NCBI GenBank assembly: GCA_039586795.1
Contig: JBDHJS010000010.1
Location: 1-64,000 of the forward strand
Origin: Gemmatimonadota bacterium
GTDB taxonomy: Bacteria; Gemmatimonadota; Gemmatimonadetes; Palauibacterales; KS3-K002
Reading direction: 5' to 3'
Length of the DNA: 64,000 bases
A program made the translations under genes and the position numbers. The number at the start of each line of letters is the position of its first letter. The first letter of the stretch is position 1. The notes under the pieces are model-generated. The model was not told the origin of the DNA. It worked only from the letters and a program-made list of their open reading frames with translations, and did not search any database. Shown here in pieces: positions 18,172 to 28,165 of this stretch.

Positions 18172-18585
18172 TCACGAATCCTGATCGTTCTCTTCCGAGC
18201 CACAGGCGCCGCGCCGGCAGACCGGACTATCGCAGCCGAAGCGGTGACGTCGCCGCGCCACCCAGCGATAGACGAGTTCCGCAAAGTACATCGCGCCGGG
18301 CAGCGCAAACAGCCACGCCACCGGTCGCAGGCCGGGCAACAGCTTCAGCGTATCCCGTGCCGCCGTCGCGCCGCGGGACACGGCGCCCTCGGGCGACACC
18401 AGGTGCATTGCCTCTTCAGCCGCCCGGCGCTCGATTCCGTACGCCTCGAGCTCCACCTTCTGAAACGGGACGGCCTCGACGCGACGATAGCGATCCCGGC
18501 GTTCTACGAACCGCACCTGACGGCGACAGAACTGGCAGTCGCCGTCATATATAAGCGTCCAACTGGCCCGGGCGTCCCCTGTCAC
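18172..18585 (-). CDS. DCC family thiol-disulfide oxidoreductase (DUF393)
   Basis: YDGDCQFC motif, YRWVARRR. Confidence 0.85.
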   Translation of the reverse strand: MTGDARASWTLIYDGDCQFCRRQVRFVERRDRYRRVEAVPFQKVELEAYGIERRAAEEAMHLVSPEGAVSRGATAARDTLKLLPGLRPVAWLFALPGAMYFAELVYRWVARRRHRFGCDSPVCRRGACGSEENDQDS

Positions 18586-18589
18586 ACCC

Positions 18590-19030
18590 TCAAGCTCCGG
18601 CCGCCGGAGCTTCGTCCTCTTTATAGATCCAGGCGCCAGCGAGGGAGGCGACGCAGAGCTCGACCAGACCCCATGACGCTCCGGCGATCATCATTCCGGT
18701 AGGCATGATCCCCATCAGATTGTCGCCGAGGAGCGGCAGAAAGTAGGCGACCAGCCAGAAGAAGAGGGCGACCATGATCGCAGTCTTGGGGCCGGCACCG
18801 TATCGGGGGCGGACCGCCGCGTAGAGCCAGACCAGAGAGATCCCCATGACGAATCCGACGACGACAAAGATCCCGATCACCCACGGTGTCGGGGGCGCCA
18901 ATCCGAGATTGGCCATGACCTCTTCCGCCTGCGCCTGAAACAGAAACTGCCCCACGATCTCGCTGGCATCGATGACCACGGCGGCGACGACGCCGCCCAG
19001 GATGACTCGGCCCACGTTGATTCGTCCCAT
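18590..19030 (-). CDS. Hypothetical 4-TM membrane protein
   Basis: RBS GGAGGTG; INVGRVILGG, LYAAVRPRYGAGPKTA. Confidence 0.7.
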   Translation of the reverse strand: MGRINVGRVILGGVVAAVVIDASEIVGQFLFQAQAEEVMANLGLAPPTPWVIGIFVVVGFVMGISLVWLYAAVRPRYGAGPKTAIMVALFFWLVAYFLPLLGDNLMGIMPTGMMIAGASWGLVELCVASLAGAWIYKEDEAPAAGA

Positions 19031-19223
19031 GTTCACCTCCGGAGTGATGACGGGATCCGGGGCCTGAAGCCCCGCGTTCTTGTCACCGGTGCTGGGAGTT
19101 GGAAGGAGATAGAATGACTGTCCGGCGGGCCAAAGTCCAGCCCGGCCTTGAGATTCCCAAGCCGACATCCCAAGATCTTGCTTGGCCCATCACGACAGAT
19201 CCTGAAAAAAGGAAGCGAACGGC

Positions 19224-20291
19224 ATGAAGATCGCGATCAACACCGGTGGCGGAGACGCGCCGGGGCTTAATGCGGTGATCCGCTCCGCCACTCTAACGGC
19301 GCTAAATCTGGGGTGGGAGGTGCACGGGATCCGTCGCGCCTATCAGGGTCTCTTCGTAGAAGACGGCATCATGCCGTTGACCCGGGATGTGGTGCGTGGT
19401 GTAACGCACCAGGGCGGCACGATCCTGGGGACGACGAACCGGGGCAACCCGTTCTCCATGCCGGTGGAACAGCCCGACGGTTCGGTCGTCGCGGTAGACC
19501 GATCGGACGATGTCGTGTCGACGTTCAAGGCGCACCACTTCGATGCGCTGATTGCCATCGGCGGTGACGGCAGCCTGATCATCGCTCGGGACCTGGCGGC
19601 GAAGGGCTTGCCGGTTGTGGGCGTTCCAAAGACGATCGACAACGATATCGACGGCACGGCCCTGACGTTCGGCTTCCTTACCGCCGTCGACATCGCCACG
19701 GAGGCGATCGACCGACTGCATTCCACCGCCCAGGCTCACGAGCGGGTTATGGTGGTTGAGGTGATGGGCCGCCACGCCGGCTGGATCGCCACCTTCGCCG
19801 GCGTCGCCGGCACCGCCGACGCCATCCTGATCCCCGAGATCCCCTATGATATAGACAAGGTCTGCGAGAAGGTGATCGAGCGTGAACAGCACGGCCGAAG
19901 ATTCTCGATCATCGTCGTGGCGGAAGGCGCCTCTGCTGCCGACGGTTCCGTATCATTCGCCGATCCGGAGACGAAGCGGTTGGGCGGTATCTGCGAGGTG
20001 CTGGCGAAGCAGATCGAGGAGCGGACCGGCAAGGAGACTCGGGCGATCGCGCTTCGTCACCTACAGCGGGGCGGCAGTCCGAACCCGTACGACCGTCTCA
20101 TCGCTCTACGCTTCGGCGCCGCCGCCGTTCGCTGCATCCAAAACGGCGAGTTCGGTTGCATGGTGGCGCTCGACCCGCCACGGGTAGTTACGATCCCGCT
20201 GGCCGAAGCGGTGGCGCGCCGGAAGACCGTTCCAGTGGACGGCGACGTGATCACGACCGCACGGGACCTCGGCATCAGCTTCGGGGACTGA
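19224..20291 (+). CDS. pfkA: 6-phosphofructokinase (PfkA family; GGDG plus PKTIDND, probably ATP-type)
   Basis: TGGGDAPGLN, GGTILGT, GGDGS, PKTIDND, EVMGR, LQRGG. Confidence 0.92.
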   Translation: MKIAINTGGGDAPGLNAVIRSATLTALNLGWEVHGIRRAYQGLFVEDGIMPLTRDVVRGVTHQGGTILGTTNRGNPFSMPVEQPDGSVVAVDRSDDVVSTFKAHHFDALIAIGGDGSLIIARDLAAKGLPVVGVPKTIDNDIDGTALTFGFLTAVDIATEAIDRLHSTAQAHERVMVVEVMGRHAGWIATFAGVAGTADAILIPEIPYDIDKVCEKVIEREQHGRRFSIIVVAEGASAADGSVSFADPETKRLGGICEVLAKQIEERTGKETRAIALRHLQRGGSPNPYDRLIALRFGAAAVRCIQNGEFGCMVALDPPRVVTIPLAEAVARRKTVPVDGDVITTARDLGISFGD

Positions 20292-20349
20292 GTCGGGCCA
20301 ACGCGTCAATAACGAATGTTCAATACTTAAAGAGAGGGAATACGAACCG

Positions 20350-20658
20350 ATGCCCCAACCAGAAATCGTAATGCGTGTTCGATTCAAGTCAGATCTGACT
20401 TTTGACGAGGTCAACGAGATCGTAGAAGAGCGTGCCCCTGAATTCGAGGCCCTCGCCGGCCTGCAGCAGAAGTATTACCTACAGGACGTAGTCTCTGGAG
20501 AGTACGCAGGCCTCTATGTCTGGGAGTCTGCCGAAGCACTGGATGAGTTCCGCCAGTCCAAGCTCAGGGCGACTATTGCGAGGGCGTATCAAACGCAGGG
20601 AGAGCCCGATATCGAGGTATACAAGGTCTTCAAGGTGTTGCGGGACGATAACGCTTAG
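20350..20658 (+). CDS. YdhR-family putative monooxygenase (dimeric alpha-beta barrel)
   Basis: GLQQKYY, YAGLYVWES. Confidence 0.7.
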   Translation: MPQPEIVMRVRFKSDLTFDEVNEIVEERAPEFEALAGLQQKYYLQDVVSGEYAGLYVWESAEALDEFRQSKLRATIARAYQTQGEPDIEVYKVFKVLRDDNA

Positions 20659-20752
20659 CAAGCTTGTGGAGTCATCAGCTCGCCACGAGTTGCTCATCGC
20701 AGTCTGACAAGCGTTTGCAAAAGGAGCCAGGAAAGAATAGTCGAGTACTACC

Positions 20753-21382
20753 ATGAAGCTCGTTATCTTTGGATCAACGGGTGGGACGGGACGAGAACTG
20801 GTATCGCAGGCCCTCGATCAGGGTCACAACGTCGTGGCCTATGCCCGAAATCCTGCAAGGGTTGATGACATCAAGCATGCGGCCTTGCAGGTCGTCCGCG
20901 GAGATGTTCTGGATCCAGAGGCTGTCGAAAGCGCTATAGCAGGGCAAGAAGCTGTGCTATGCGCAATCGGAGCCGGCGCCGGGCGCACAACCCTGCGCGA
21001 GGACGGGACACGTAACATCGTTGAGGCGATGGAGAAGACAGGCGTGCGGCGTCTGATGTGCTTGTCCTCGCTTGGCGTGGGTGACAGCCGGTCCAATCTC
21101 GGCTTCTTCACCAAGTACATCGTGGTTTCCGTCTTTTTGAGGCACGCCTTCGCCGATCATGAACGGCAGGAGGCTGTCGTCAAACAAAGCTCGTTGGATT
21201 GGACTATCGTTCGCCCTCCACACCTGAAGGATGGCCCGCAAACCGGAGTCTATCGGCATGGCTTTCCCGCGACGGACAGGCAAATAACGGGCATGATCTC
21301 GCGAGCCGACGTTGCTGACTTCATGTTAAGACAATTGACCGACGATACGTATCTTCATCAGACAGCCGGCGTGTCGTACTAG
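20753..21382 (+). CDS. NAD(P)H-binding oxidoreductase (flavin/biliverdin reductase-like atypical SDR)
   Basis: GSTGGTG, LDWTIVRP, ISRADVA. Confidence 0.85.
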   Translation: MKLVIFGSTGGTGRELVSQALDQGHNVVAYARNPARVDDIKHAALQVVRGDVLDPEAVESAIAGQEAVLCAIGAGAGRTTLREDGTRNIVEAMEKTGVRRLMCLSSLGVGDSRSNLGFFTKYIVVSVFLRHAFADHERQEAVVKQSSLDWTIVRPPHLKDGPQTGVYRHGFPATDRQITGMISRADVADFMLRQLTDDTYLHQTAGVSY

Positions 21383-21452
21383 ATCGTCACACATGGCCTT
21401 AGGGCAACGGCCGTCGTGAGTGGAGTTATGGCGACTTACCGAACCACAATAG

Positions 21453-21596
21453 CCACCCTTCCTTTGGGAGGACGTCGGCAAGACAATCCCCGATTACACG
21501 TTCCATCTTTTCGAGGAAGCCGGCCATAATCCGATGCTCGAATTCCCGCGAGAGTTCGATCGTGTTGTGATCAACTGGATCGAAGGCAGGAATTGA
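21453..21596 (+). pseudogene. C-terminal fragment of an alpha/beta hydrolase
   Basis: Manual translation PPFLWEDVGKTIPDYTFHLFEEAGHNPMLEFPREFDRVVINWIEGRN* (catalytic-His GHxP motif), preceded by an in-frame TAG and no start. Confidence 0.65.
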
Positions 21597-21793
21597 CGTA
21601 GAAGAGAACCTGGTCTGCGATATTTCCCCTGACTTTTTCCCGGGCCCTTCGCGCGAAAGAAGGGCCCGAAGTTGTATCCCCGGCAGCGCGACCAAGGCGC
21701 AATACCCAACCAACCGAGGAACTTCGACCGTCTAATAGGCGTTATCCAATTCATCGTGAGTCAGCGAAATTGGCCAGCTGCGAGGAGTACGCC

Positions 21794-22075
21794 ATGAAAA
21801 AGTTCATGCTTCTGCATTTCGGCTTCGAAAGACCCACGCCTATGATCATGGATGCCTGGAACAAGTGGTTCGAGTCGATCGCCGAGCTGCAGGTCGACCA
21901 GGGCGGGTTCAGTGGTGGGCGCGAAATCTCAAAAGACGGAACCAAAGACCTGCCATGGAGCATGGACTCCATCACCGGCTACAACATCATCGAGGCCGAA
22001 GATCTCGACGCGGCAGAGAAGATCGCCCGAGATAACCCCTTCATCGCAAGCATCAGGGTCTACGAACTCCGGTGA
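21794..22075 (+). CDS. YciI family protein
   Basis: MKKFMLL, ITGYNIIEAEDLDAA..IA...P, IRVYE; RBS GAGGAG. Confidence 0.75.
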   Translation: MKKFMLLHFGFERPTPMIMDAWNKWFESIAELQVDQGGFSGGREISKDGTKDLPWSMDSITGYNIIEAEDLDAAEKIARDNPFIASIRVYELR

Positions 22076-22285
22076 AGATTCGGTCCCCCCTGTCAGGCTA
22101 GAATTACAGCAGAGATCCGCCAGATCGTCGGGCTGGGCTATTGCGCTGGGCACCTTCATTCCTATGGTGTTCTGACCCGGGTCTGCGCCTGGTCGAGTCC
22201 GCCGCGCTCCACTAGCGGAGGTCCAAGATCGCTACTCTACAGCAGCGAACAGCCAGCCTACTCACGTGCGTCGTTCTCACTGCGG

Positions 22286-22783
22286 CCGGCGCGCATCTAC
22301 GCGAACGGAATGTCAAACGGCGGAGGCATGGCGTTCGTACTGTCCTGCACCTTGTCGGATCGGATCGCCGCCGTCGGTCTGGTAGCGCCCGCCCAGTCGC
22401 TTCCGTCGGACTGGTGCCCAGGAGCGCGACCGGTACCGATGATCGCTTTTCATGGGGATGACGGCGGACCACTCGGCGATCCGGTCAATCCTGTGAAGCA
22501 GGTGTTTCCGGCCGCGCGGGACTTCGTGGCGGGCTGGGCAGAGAGGAACGGGTGCGCGGCCGAGACCGTCGAGTCAGCGGTCGCTCCAGATGTGATGCGC
22601 CTCGAGTACCCCGACTGCGCAGAAGGTGCCCCGGTGATACTCCACACTCTGCTTGGCGGAGGCCATTCCTGGCCCGGCGGCAAGCCGATGCCGGAGTGGC
22701 GAGTTGGAGCGACAATTACGAGCATCGACGCCACGGAAACGATGTGGGCCTTCTTCTTGGAGCATCCGCTCCAGCAGCGGTAG
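22286..22783 (+). pseudogene. N-terminally truncated PHB depolymerase/LpqC-type esterase
   Basis: PARIYANGMSNGG nucleophile elbow and GGGHSWPGG retained; N-terminal half absent; FHG..D segment looks internally deleted. Confidence 0.7.
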
Positions 22784-22844
22784 CGCGGCGATGGGTATTA
22801 TGCCTCGCAGCAGGTTTCCCGGCTGAGTGCTATTGTTGACCTTC

Positions 22845-23903
22845 ATGTCTCTCTTCACCTCCGACCGCGAGCGCCGCCTCTGGCTATGGACGCTGGCCGT
22901 CATGGTGGCGATCTACTCCACCCTGGGGCCGGCGCGGACGCTGGTCGACGCCCTGCGCGAACGCAATCTGCTGCGGCTCTCCTTCGCAGTTGTCGTAGCT
23001 GTGCTGGTCGTGGCTATCGCCTGGCGATGGGCGAAGCAGCGCCCTAGTTGGAGCGAGATCGGGGTAGGGCTTGGCGTGGCGTTCGCCTATCTGGTGATGT
23101 TCGTCAGGACGGGGAGCCCAGAGGAGCGGACCCACCTGATCGAGTACGGCATCGTGGCGGCGCTCATCCACCAGGCGCTGCAGGAGCGAGTGCGAAACGG
23201 CCGCCGGGTCCCGGCGCCTGCCGCCCTCACCGTGGCTCTGACCGCGCTGCTGGGTATCCTCGACGAATGCATCCAGGCGATGTTGCCGAATCGCGCCTTC
23301 GATTTCCGCGACATCTTCTTCAACGCTCTGGCCGGCTTCATGGTGGTCGTAGCCCGGTTGGCCCTGGCGCCACAGCGGCGGCCGGGCTGGCGCATATGGT
23401 TCTTCTGGCTGCTGGGCAGTGCCGTAGGCTGGGGCCTGGGCATGGAAGTGAGTTCGTTCTTTCTAGCGGGCGGGTTACGGAGCCTACGGTCGAGCCCCGA
23501 CATCATCCTCGCCGGTTACCTAGGCGTGGCCGTGGGCGGGATTTTGGCCGGCTCCATGCAAGCGCTGGTGCTGCGAGGACACCTCGCTCGGGCCGGCCGG
23601 TGGGTGCTGACCAGCCTTGGCGCGGCGGCCGTTGTCGGCCTGATCGTGTTCGGGGTCGGCGCGGTCAACGCCGACATCGGTTGGGTCGCCGGGGCGAGCC
23701 TATACGGGACGTCCGTCGGGGCCCTACAGTGGACACTGCTGCGTGGACAGGTCCCTCGGGCAGGCTGGTGGGTTGTAGCCTGTACCGTTGGCTGGATCGT
23801 TGGCATGCCCCTGGGTGGCATGTTCGGCTGGATGGCTCTCGGAGCCGCCTACGGAGCGATTACCGGGACCGCGCTGGTCTGGCTGCTCAACAAGAGAGGG
23901 TGA
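22845..23903 (+). CDS. VanZ-like membrane protein with extra C-terminal TM domain
   Basis: EERTHLIEYG, LDECIQ..LPNR.FD.RD..FN. Confidence 0.7.
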   Translation: MSLFTSDRERRLWLWTLAVMVAIYSTLGPARTLVDALRERNLLRLSFAVVVAVLVVAIAWRWAKQRPSWSEIGVGLGVAFAYLVMFVRTGSPEERTHLIEYGIVAALIHQALQERVRNGRRVPAPAALTVALTALLGILDECIQAMLPNRAFDFRDIFFNALAGFMVVVARLALAPQRRPGWRIWFFWLLGSAVGWGLGMEVSSFFLAGGLRSLRSSPDIILAGYLGVAVGGILAGSMQALVLRGHLARAGRWVLTSLGAAAVVGLIVFGVGAVNADIGWVAGASLYGTSVGALQWTLLRGQVPRAGWWVVACTVGWIVGMPLGGMFGWMALGAAYGAITGTALVWLLNKRG

Positions 23904-23907
23904 AACC

Positions 23908-24260
23908 GTGTCAACTCAGAACGAAGCTGAGTGCCTCGCCCGCACCTGGATCGATGGTTGGAACGGCGGGAAAGCCGGATGAGATCCCCCTAGCACGCGA
24001 CTTTCGTACACACGAGCCCGTTCGGCGTCATCAAGGGTCGGGACGAGTACCTGGCGAAGGTCAAGCCGATGGCGGCCAAGAACGTCACCGATCTCAGAAT
24101 ACTGAAGACGTTCGGCGGAGACCGTGAATCCGCGATTCGGTTCGAGATGATGACACCTAATGGCCCGGTGCAGGTTTGTGACTGGGTAGAAATCGAGAAC
24201 GGGGAGATCCTAGCCATCACCTCCTTCTACGATCCAACGAATCTGCCCTACCGCGAATGA
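23908..24260 (+). pseudogene. SnoaL/NTF2-like protein with two +1 frameshifts (pseudogene or sequencing error)
   Basis: Removing one base near 23971 (gggaaa) and one T near 24002 restores LARTWIDGWNGGKPDEIPLARDFVHTSPFGVIKGRDEYL...CDWVEIENGEILAITSFYD. Confidence 0.7.
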
Positions 24261-24369
24261 CGCTAGTACCCAGACGCTCCGTGAAACCAGCGTACCAGGG
24301 AGTGTCCACGTGAATGCCGCAACTAAGGAGGAATCCCGTGGCGCTGTTGTTCGCTAGGATTGCTGGCCG

Positions 24370-25041
24370 ATGCGATTGATCAGCTCTCCGACCGAGTTGA
24401 CGACCGCAGTCACGGACGCCGTCATTGCGCTCTTGTGCATTGGGGTGGTGGTGAACGTGTGGAGACTTCGCGATCACGACCGCTGGAAAGTGTCTGTGTG
24501 GTGCTGGGTGTTCGGACTGCTCGCGTTGGCATCCACGCTCGGAGCTGTGGCTCATGGGCTCGCACTGACGGACTCTGCACGATCGGCGCTGTGGCACCCG
24601 TTGTATCTCACGCTGGGTCTCACCGTGGCGCTGTTCTTCGTCGGCGCTGTATACGATATGCTCGGCAAGACCGTTTCCCGAAAGCTGATCCCGTGGTGCC
24701 TCGGAATCGGAGCTGGCGCTTACGCATTGACGCAGATACTGGGAGGTGCGTTCGGGATCTTCCTGGCGTACGAGGCCGTAGTGATGGTCTCGGTGCTCGT
24801 CATCTACGTGCTCATTGCCGTTTCCGGCCGGCTGCCAGGCGCCACGATCATGGCTGGCGCGATCGGACTCAACCTCCTGGCAGCTGCGGTACAGGCAAGC
24901 GATGTATCGATTCGGGTGATCGTGCCGTTCGACCACAATGGTGTGTTTCATCTCGTGCAAATCATTGCCATCGCGGTGCTGGCGTACGGCCTACGAATTG
25001 GCTTGACGAGAAAGATGCGGAACCGTCAGAGTTCAAGCTGA
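24370..25041 (+). CDS. Hypothetical multi-pass membrane protein (DUF6962-like)
   Basis: TTAVTD, GAVAHG, FDHNGVFH; about 7 TM segments. Confidence 0.65.
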   Translation: MRLISSPTELTTAVTDAVIALLCIGVVVNVWRLRDHDRWKVSVWCWVFGLLALASTLGAVAHGLALTDSARSALWHPLYLTLGLTVALFFVGAVYDMLGKTVSRKLIPWCLGIGAGAYALTQILGGAFGIFLAYEAVVMVSVLVIYVLIAVSGRLPGATIMAGAIGLNLLAAAVQASDVSIRVIVPFDHNGVFHLVQIIAIAVLAYGLRIGLTRKMRNRQSSS

Positions 25042-25098
25042 AACGGTGAGGCAGGGGGGGGCACAAGTGATATTGCCGGGTCAATAGCAGAGGTTTTT

Positions 25099-25764
25099 AT
25101 GAAAGTCGCTATCATCGGAGCTTCCGGTAAGAACGGGACCAGACTTGTCCGCGAGGCGCTCGAGCGTGGACACGAAGTCGTGGCAGTCTGCCGCGATTCA
25201 TCCGTCGAAAAGCTCGATGAGTTCTCCGGTAGTCCCGGCTTGACAGTGGTGAACGCCCCTGTGGTGTCCAACGAGACGATGCTGACCGAGGCGCTTGCCG
25301 GCTGCGATGCGGTGGTGGCGATACTGATCTCTGTGCGGCGCTTGAAAGCGACAGAGCTGGTCAAGTCCCTGGCCAACGCGACGGCCGCAAACGGGATCAC
25401 CCGGCTGGTGTTCACCGCCGGTGAGGTGAGCGCCGTGCGGGAGGAGGGCGAGACCTACACCCTCAGACAGCGGATCCTCCTCACCGTGTTTCCGCCAATC
25501 GCGTTCTTCACACCGTACTCGATGACGGACATGCTGAAGGCTTCGGTGCTGGTCAAACAACAATCCGATTGGGACTGGACGATCATACGCGCCCCAGTGT
25601 TGCGCGACACGCCGGCGGCAGGTTACAGGTTCTGTGAACTCAATGAGGTCACGGCGAAGCATGCCCTGTCCCGCGAGGACTATGCCGCCTGCCTTCTCGA
25701 TTCGCTGGGCATGCCAGAGCATCACCGGCGTATGCTGACGGTGGTGGCGGCCAACCCGACGTAG
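25099..25764 (+). CDS. NAD(P)H-binding oxidoreductase (atypical SDR)
   Basis: GASGKNG, DWTIIR, LSREDYA. Confidence 0.8.
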   Translation: MKVAIIGASGKNGTRLVREALERGHEVVAVCRDSSVEKLDEFSGSPGLTVVNAPVVSNETMLTEALAGCDAVVAILISVRRLKATELVKSLANATAANGITRLVFTAGEVSAVREEGETYTLRQRILLTVFPPIAFFTPYSMTDMLKASVLVKQQSDWDWTIIRAPVLRDTPAAGYRFCELNEVTAKHALSREDYAACLLDSLGMPEHHRRMLTVVAANPT

Positions 25765-25880
25765 AGTGAACGTCGTTTTCTGTCTTCGACCCTGTGCCGG
25801 AGGTACTCAGGACTTTTGCGCGGGCAATCGCATCGACAGTTGTCCTTCAGTAGTATCAGGAAGACCAAGCACACGCTCAC

Positions 25881-26258
25881 ATGTTAAGCGAAATCCTCTT
25901 GTACCTCGGTTCGGCTGCCATAGCGATTTGGGGCAGCATGCACATCGTCATGACACGGACTGTCGTCAAAGGCTTCGGACCACTTTCTCGTGACGATCAT
26001 CTGGTCATCACGATGGAGTGGATCCTGGAGGGAGTGACGCTCTGTTTCATCGCGGCACTTGTGACGGCCGTGACGTTGTCGGGAGGAGCGGATACCGAAG
26101 TGGCGAGACTCGTCTATCGAGCTTCAGCTCTGGTACTGCTCGTCATGGCCGGGGTGAGCCTTTTCACCGGGGCGCGGGCGGCCCCGCTCCCGTACAAGTT
26201 GTGTCCACCGATCTTCAGCAGTGTGGCGGCGCTTTACCTGGTCGCTAGCGTATTATGA
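25881..26258 (+). CDS. Hypothetical 4-TM membrane protein
   Basis: Four hydrophobic segments; ITMEWILEG. Confidence 0.6.
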   Translation: MLSEILLYLGSAAIAIWGSMHIVMTRTVVKGFGPLSRDDHLVITMEWILEGVTLCFIAALVTAVTLSGGADTEVARLVYRASALVLLVMAGVSLFTGARAAPLPYKLCPPIFSSVAALYLVASVL

Positions 26259-28159
26259 CCGTGGGCATGGCCGCTATGAGGACTAGAAGAATGGCAGCTC
26301 AAATACTGGCGATACTTCTGCTCGCGCTAAGTCTCGGCTGGGTGGAGGACCGCTCCCCAGCTCAATCGACTAGCGAGCTCACGCTGGCGGATCCCGTCGA
26401 GCATCTGGCCGGCGTCGCCGTTCGGGAGCCTATGGTAGTCGAGCACCCGGAAGGCACGCTGTTCGTCGCCGGCTTCACCCAGGCGATCGAAGAATCGGGA
26501 CGCTCGCCGAAGCTGTTCAGAAGCGCCAACGGCGGAGCAACCTGGGAGCGCGTTAACGTCGGGACGCCGGCCGAAGGCGCCGTGGGGAATTCGGACGTCG
26601 ACTTGGCCGTCACCCGTGACGGAACGCTCTACTTCCTGACCATGGGCTTCGACCGGACGACGTTCGAGGGCACACACGTCGCGGTCGGGGTGAGTCGCGA
26701 CGTCGGCGCCACCTGGAAATGGACCTACCTGTCGCAGGACCGGTTTGACGACCGGCCGTGGATCGTCGTGGCGCCGGACGGCACCGCGCACGTGATTTGG
26801 AACGACGGCCAGGGCGTCAACCATGCGGTGAGCACCGATGCCGGTGAGACGTGGACGGAGCAACCCCGGATCCATCCGCGAGGTGGGTCCAGTCATTTCG
26901 CCGTAGGCCCAGACGGTGAGCTTGCCGTGCGCATCACGCCGCGGTCGGCCTCCGGTAACCGCTACGACGATGGCGTCGACCTGATCGCCGTGAGCCGGGA
27001 CGGAGGCCAGAGCTGGGATAAGCGGCCGGCACCCGGCCGCCGCGACTGGAATCCCGATCCGGCGGCGCCCAACGTTCTGCCTCGCTGGGTGGAGCCCGTC
27101 GCGTGGGATGCGGCGGGCACACTGTATCACATGTGGAGCGAGGGCAGGTTTCTCTGGCTTGGCCGATCGGTCGATGACGGCGCGACATGGGTGGCCTCGC
27201 CGATCGCCAGCGGGGCGGCACCGCTGTACTACCCGTACCTGGCGGCGCGCGGACGCGGCGAGCTAGCGGCGACGTGGTTCTCCGGCTCCGGCTATGAGTT
27301 GCGGGCCAACGTCGCCTTGATCGATGCCAGCGGAGACGCCGTGCCCTCGGTGCGCCGCGCCGAGCCGTTTCAGATCGACAGCTGGCGATCCACCGAAGGG
27401 ACGTCGACGCGAGAACCGGGCGGGGAGTACCTACCGGTCCTCTTCCTCTCCGACGGGGAGCTGTGCGTGGTGGCGCCGATCCAGAACTACCCGGCGGACC
27501 GGCTCGGCTTCTCTTGGTACCGGACCCAACAAGCCGAGCGTGCGCACGTTCCGCTCGGCGGTGCCCCTGTCCTGGATGGCGTAATGTCGGAGGACGAGTG
27601 GTCGGATGCGGTGCGCTGGGAGTTCATCGGTGGAGAAGGTGTCTACGCAAAGCGTGATTCTGATTTCTTGTATCTCGGTCTGAGATCGCAAAGAGGTGGA
27701 TTCGCTTCGATTGCGGTTTCCAAAGACGACACCATTAGGATCTTGCACTCATCGACGGCGACAATCACCGCAGTGTACGAGCTCGGTGCCTCTGGAAGCT
27801 GGCATCTGACGCAGGCCTTCGAGTCGGTGAACGGAACTTGGGACCCCGGGAGCCGTCGACCGCGACAGGGTGCGGAGGCCGAGCGGCTGAAGCAAGAACA
27901 CCTGTCGACCTACTCCTGGCTTGCCAGCACCGTTTCGCTCGGGACCCCGAACGAGATGGAATACCAGATCTCTCTGGACCTTATCGAGCCCGGGGCATCG
28001 TTCATCTCCATCGTGCTCTACCAGCACGCTGGCGATGTCCGGTTCGCGCACTCGCCGTCGGGTCTTTCGGATGGCTCGCTGAATCGAGATTTGGTGCAGG
28101 GCGGGTCTCCGGAGACACTGGGCTTTAGTCCCGAGACCTGGATCTTGCTGGCCTGGTAA
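26255..28159 (+). CDS. Exported BNR/Asp-box (sialidase-like beta-propeller) protein with extra C-terminal domain
   Basis: Signal peptide; five SxDxGxTW-like Asp boxes; C-terminal PVLDG...EW domain. Confidence 0.7.
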   Translation: MTVGMAAMRTRRMAAQILAILLLALSLGWVEDRSPAQSTSELTLADPVEHLAGVAVREPMVVEHPEGTLFVAGFTQAIEESGRSPKLFRSANGGATWERVNVGTPAEGAVGNSDVDLAVTRDGTLYFLTMGFDRTTFEGTHVAVGVSRDVGATWKWTYLSQDRFDDRPWIVVAPDGTAHVIWNDGQGVNHAVSTDAGETWTEQPRIHPRGGSSHFAVGPDGELAVRITPRSASGNRYDDGVDLIAVSRDGGQSWDKRPAPGRRDWNPDPAAPNVLPRWVEPVAWDAAGTLYHMWSEGRFLWLGRSVDDGATWVASPIASGAAPLYYPYLAARGRGELAATWFSGSGYELRANVALIDASGDAVPSVRRAEPFQIDSWRSTEGTSTREPGGEYLPVLFLSDGELCVVAPIQNYPADRLGFSWYRTQQAERAHVPLGGAPVLDGVMSEDEWSDAVRWEFIGGEGVYAKRDSDFLYLGLRSQRGGFASIAVSKDDTIRILHSSTATITAVYELGASGSWHLTQAFESVNGTWDPGSRRPRQGAEAERLKQEHLSTYSWLASTVSLGTPNEMEYQISLDLIEPGASFISIVLYQHAGDVRFAHSPSGLSDGSLNRDLVQGGSPETLGFSPETWILLAW

Positions 28160-28165
28160 GGAACA

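Noticed and set aside
19224..20291. PPi-dependent PFK recycling pyrophosphate from Sat
   Set aside because: The motif is GGDG, not the GGDD of PPi-dependent enzymes, and the gene lies outside the sulfur cluster.
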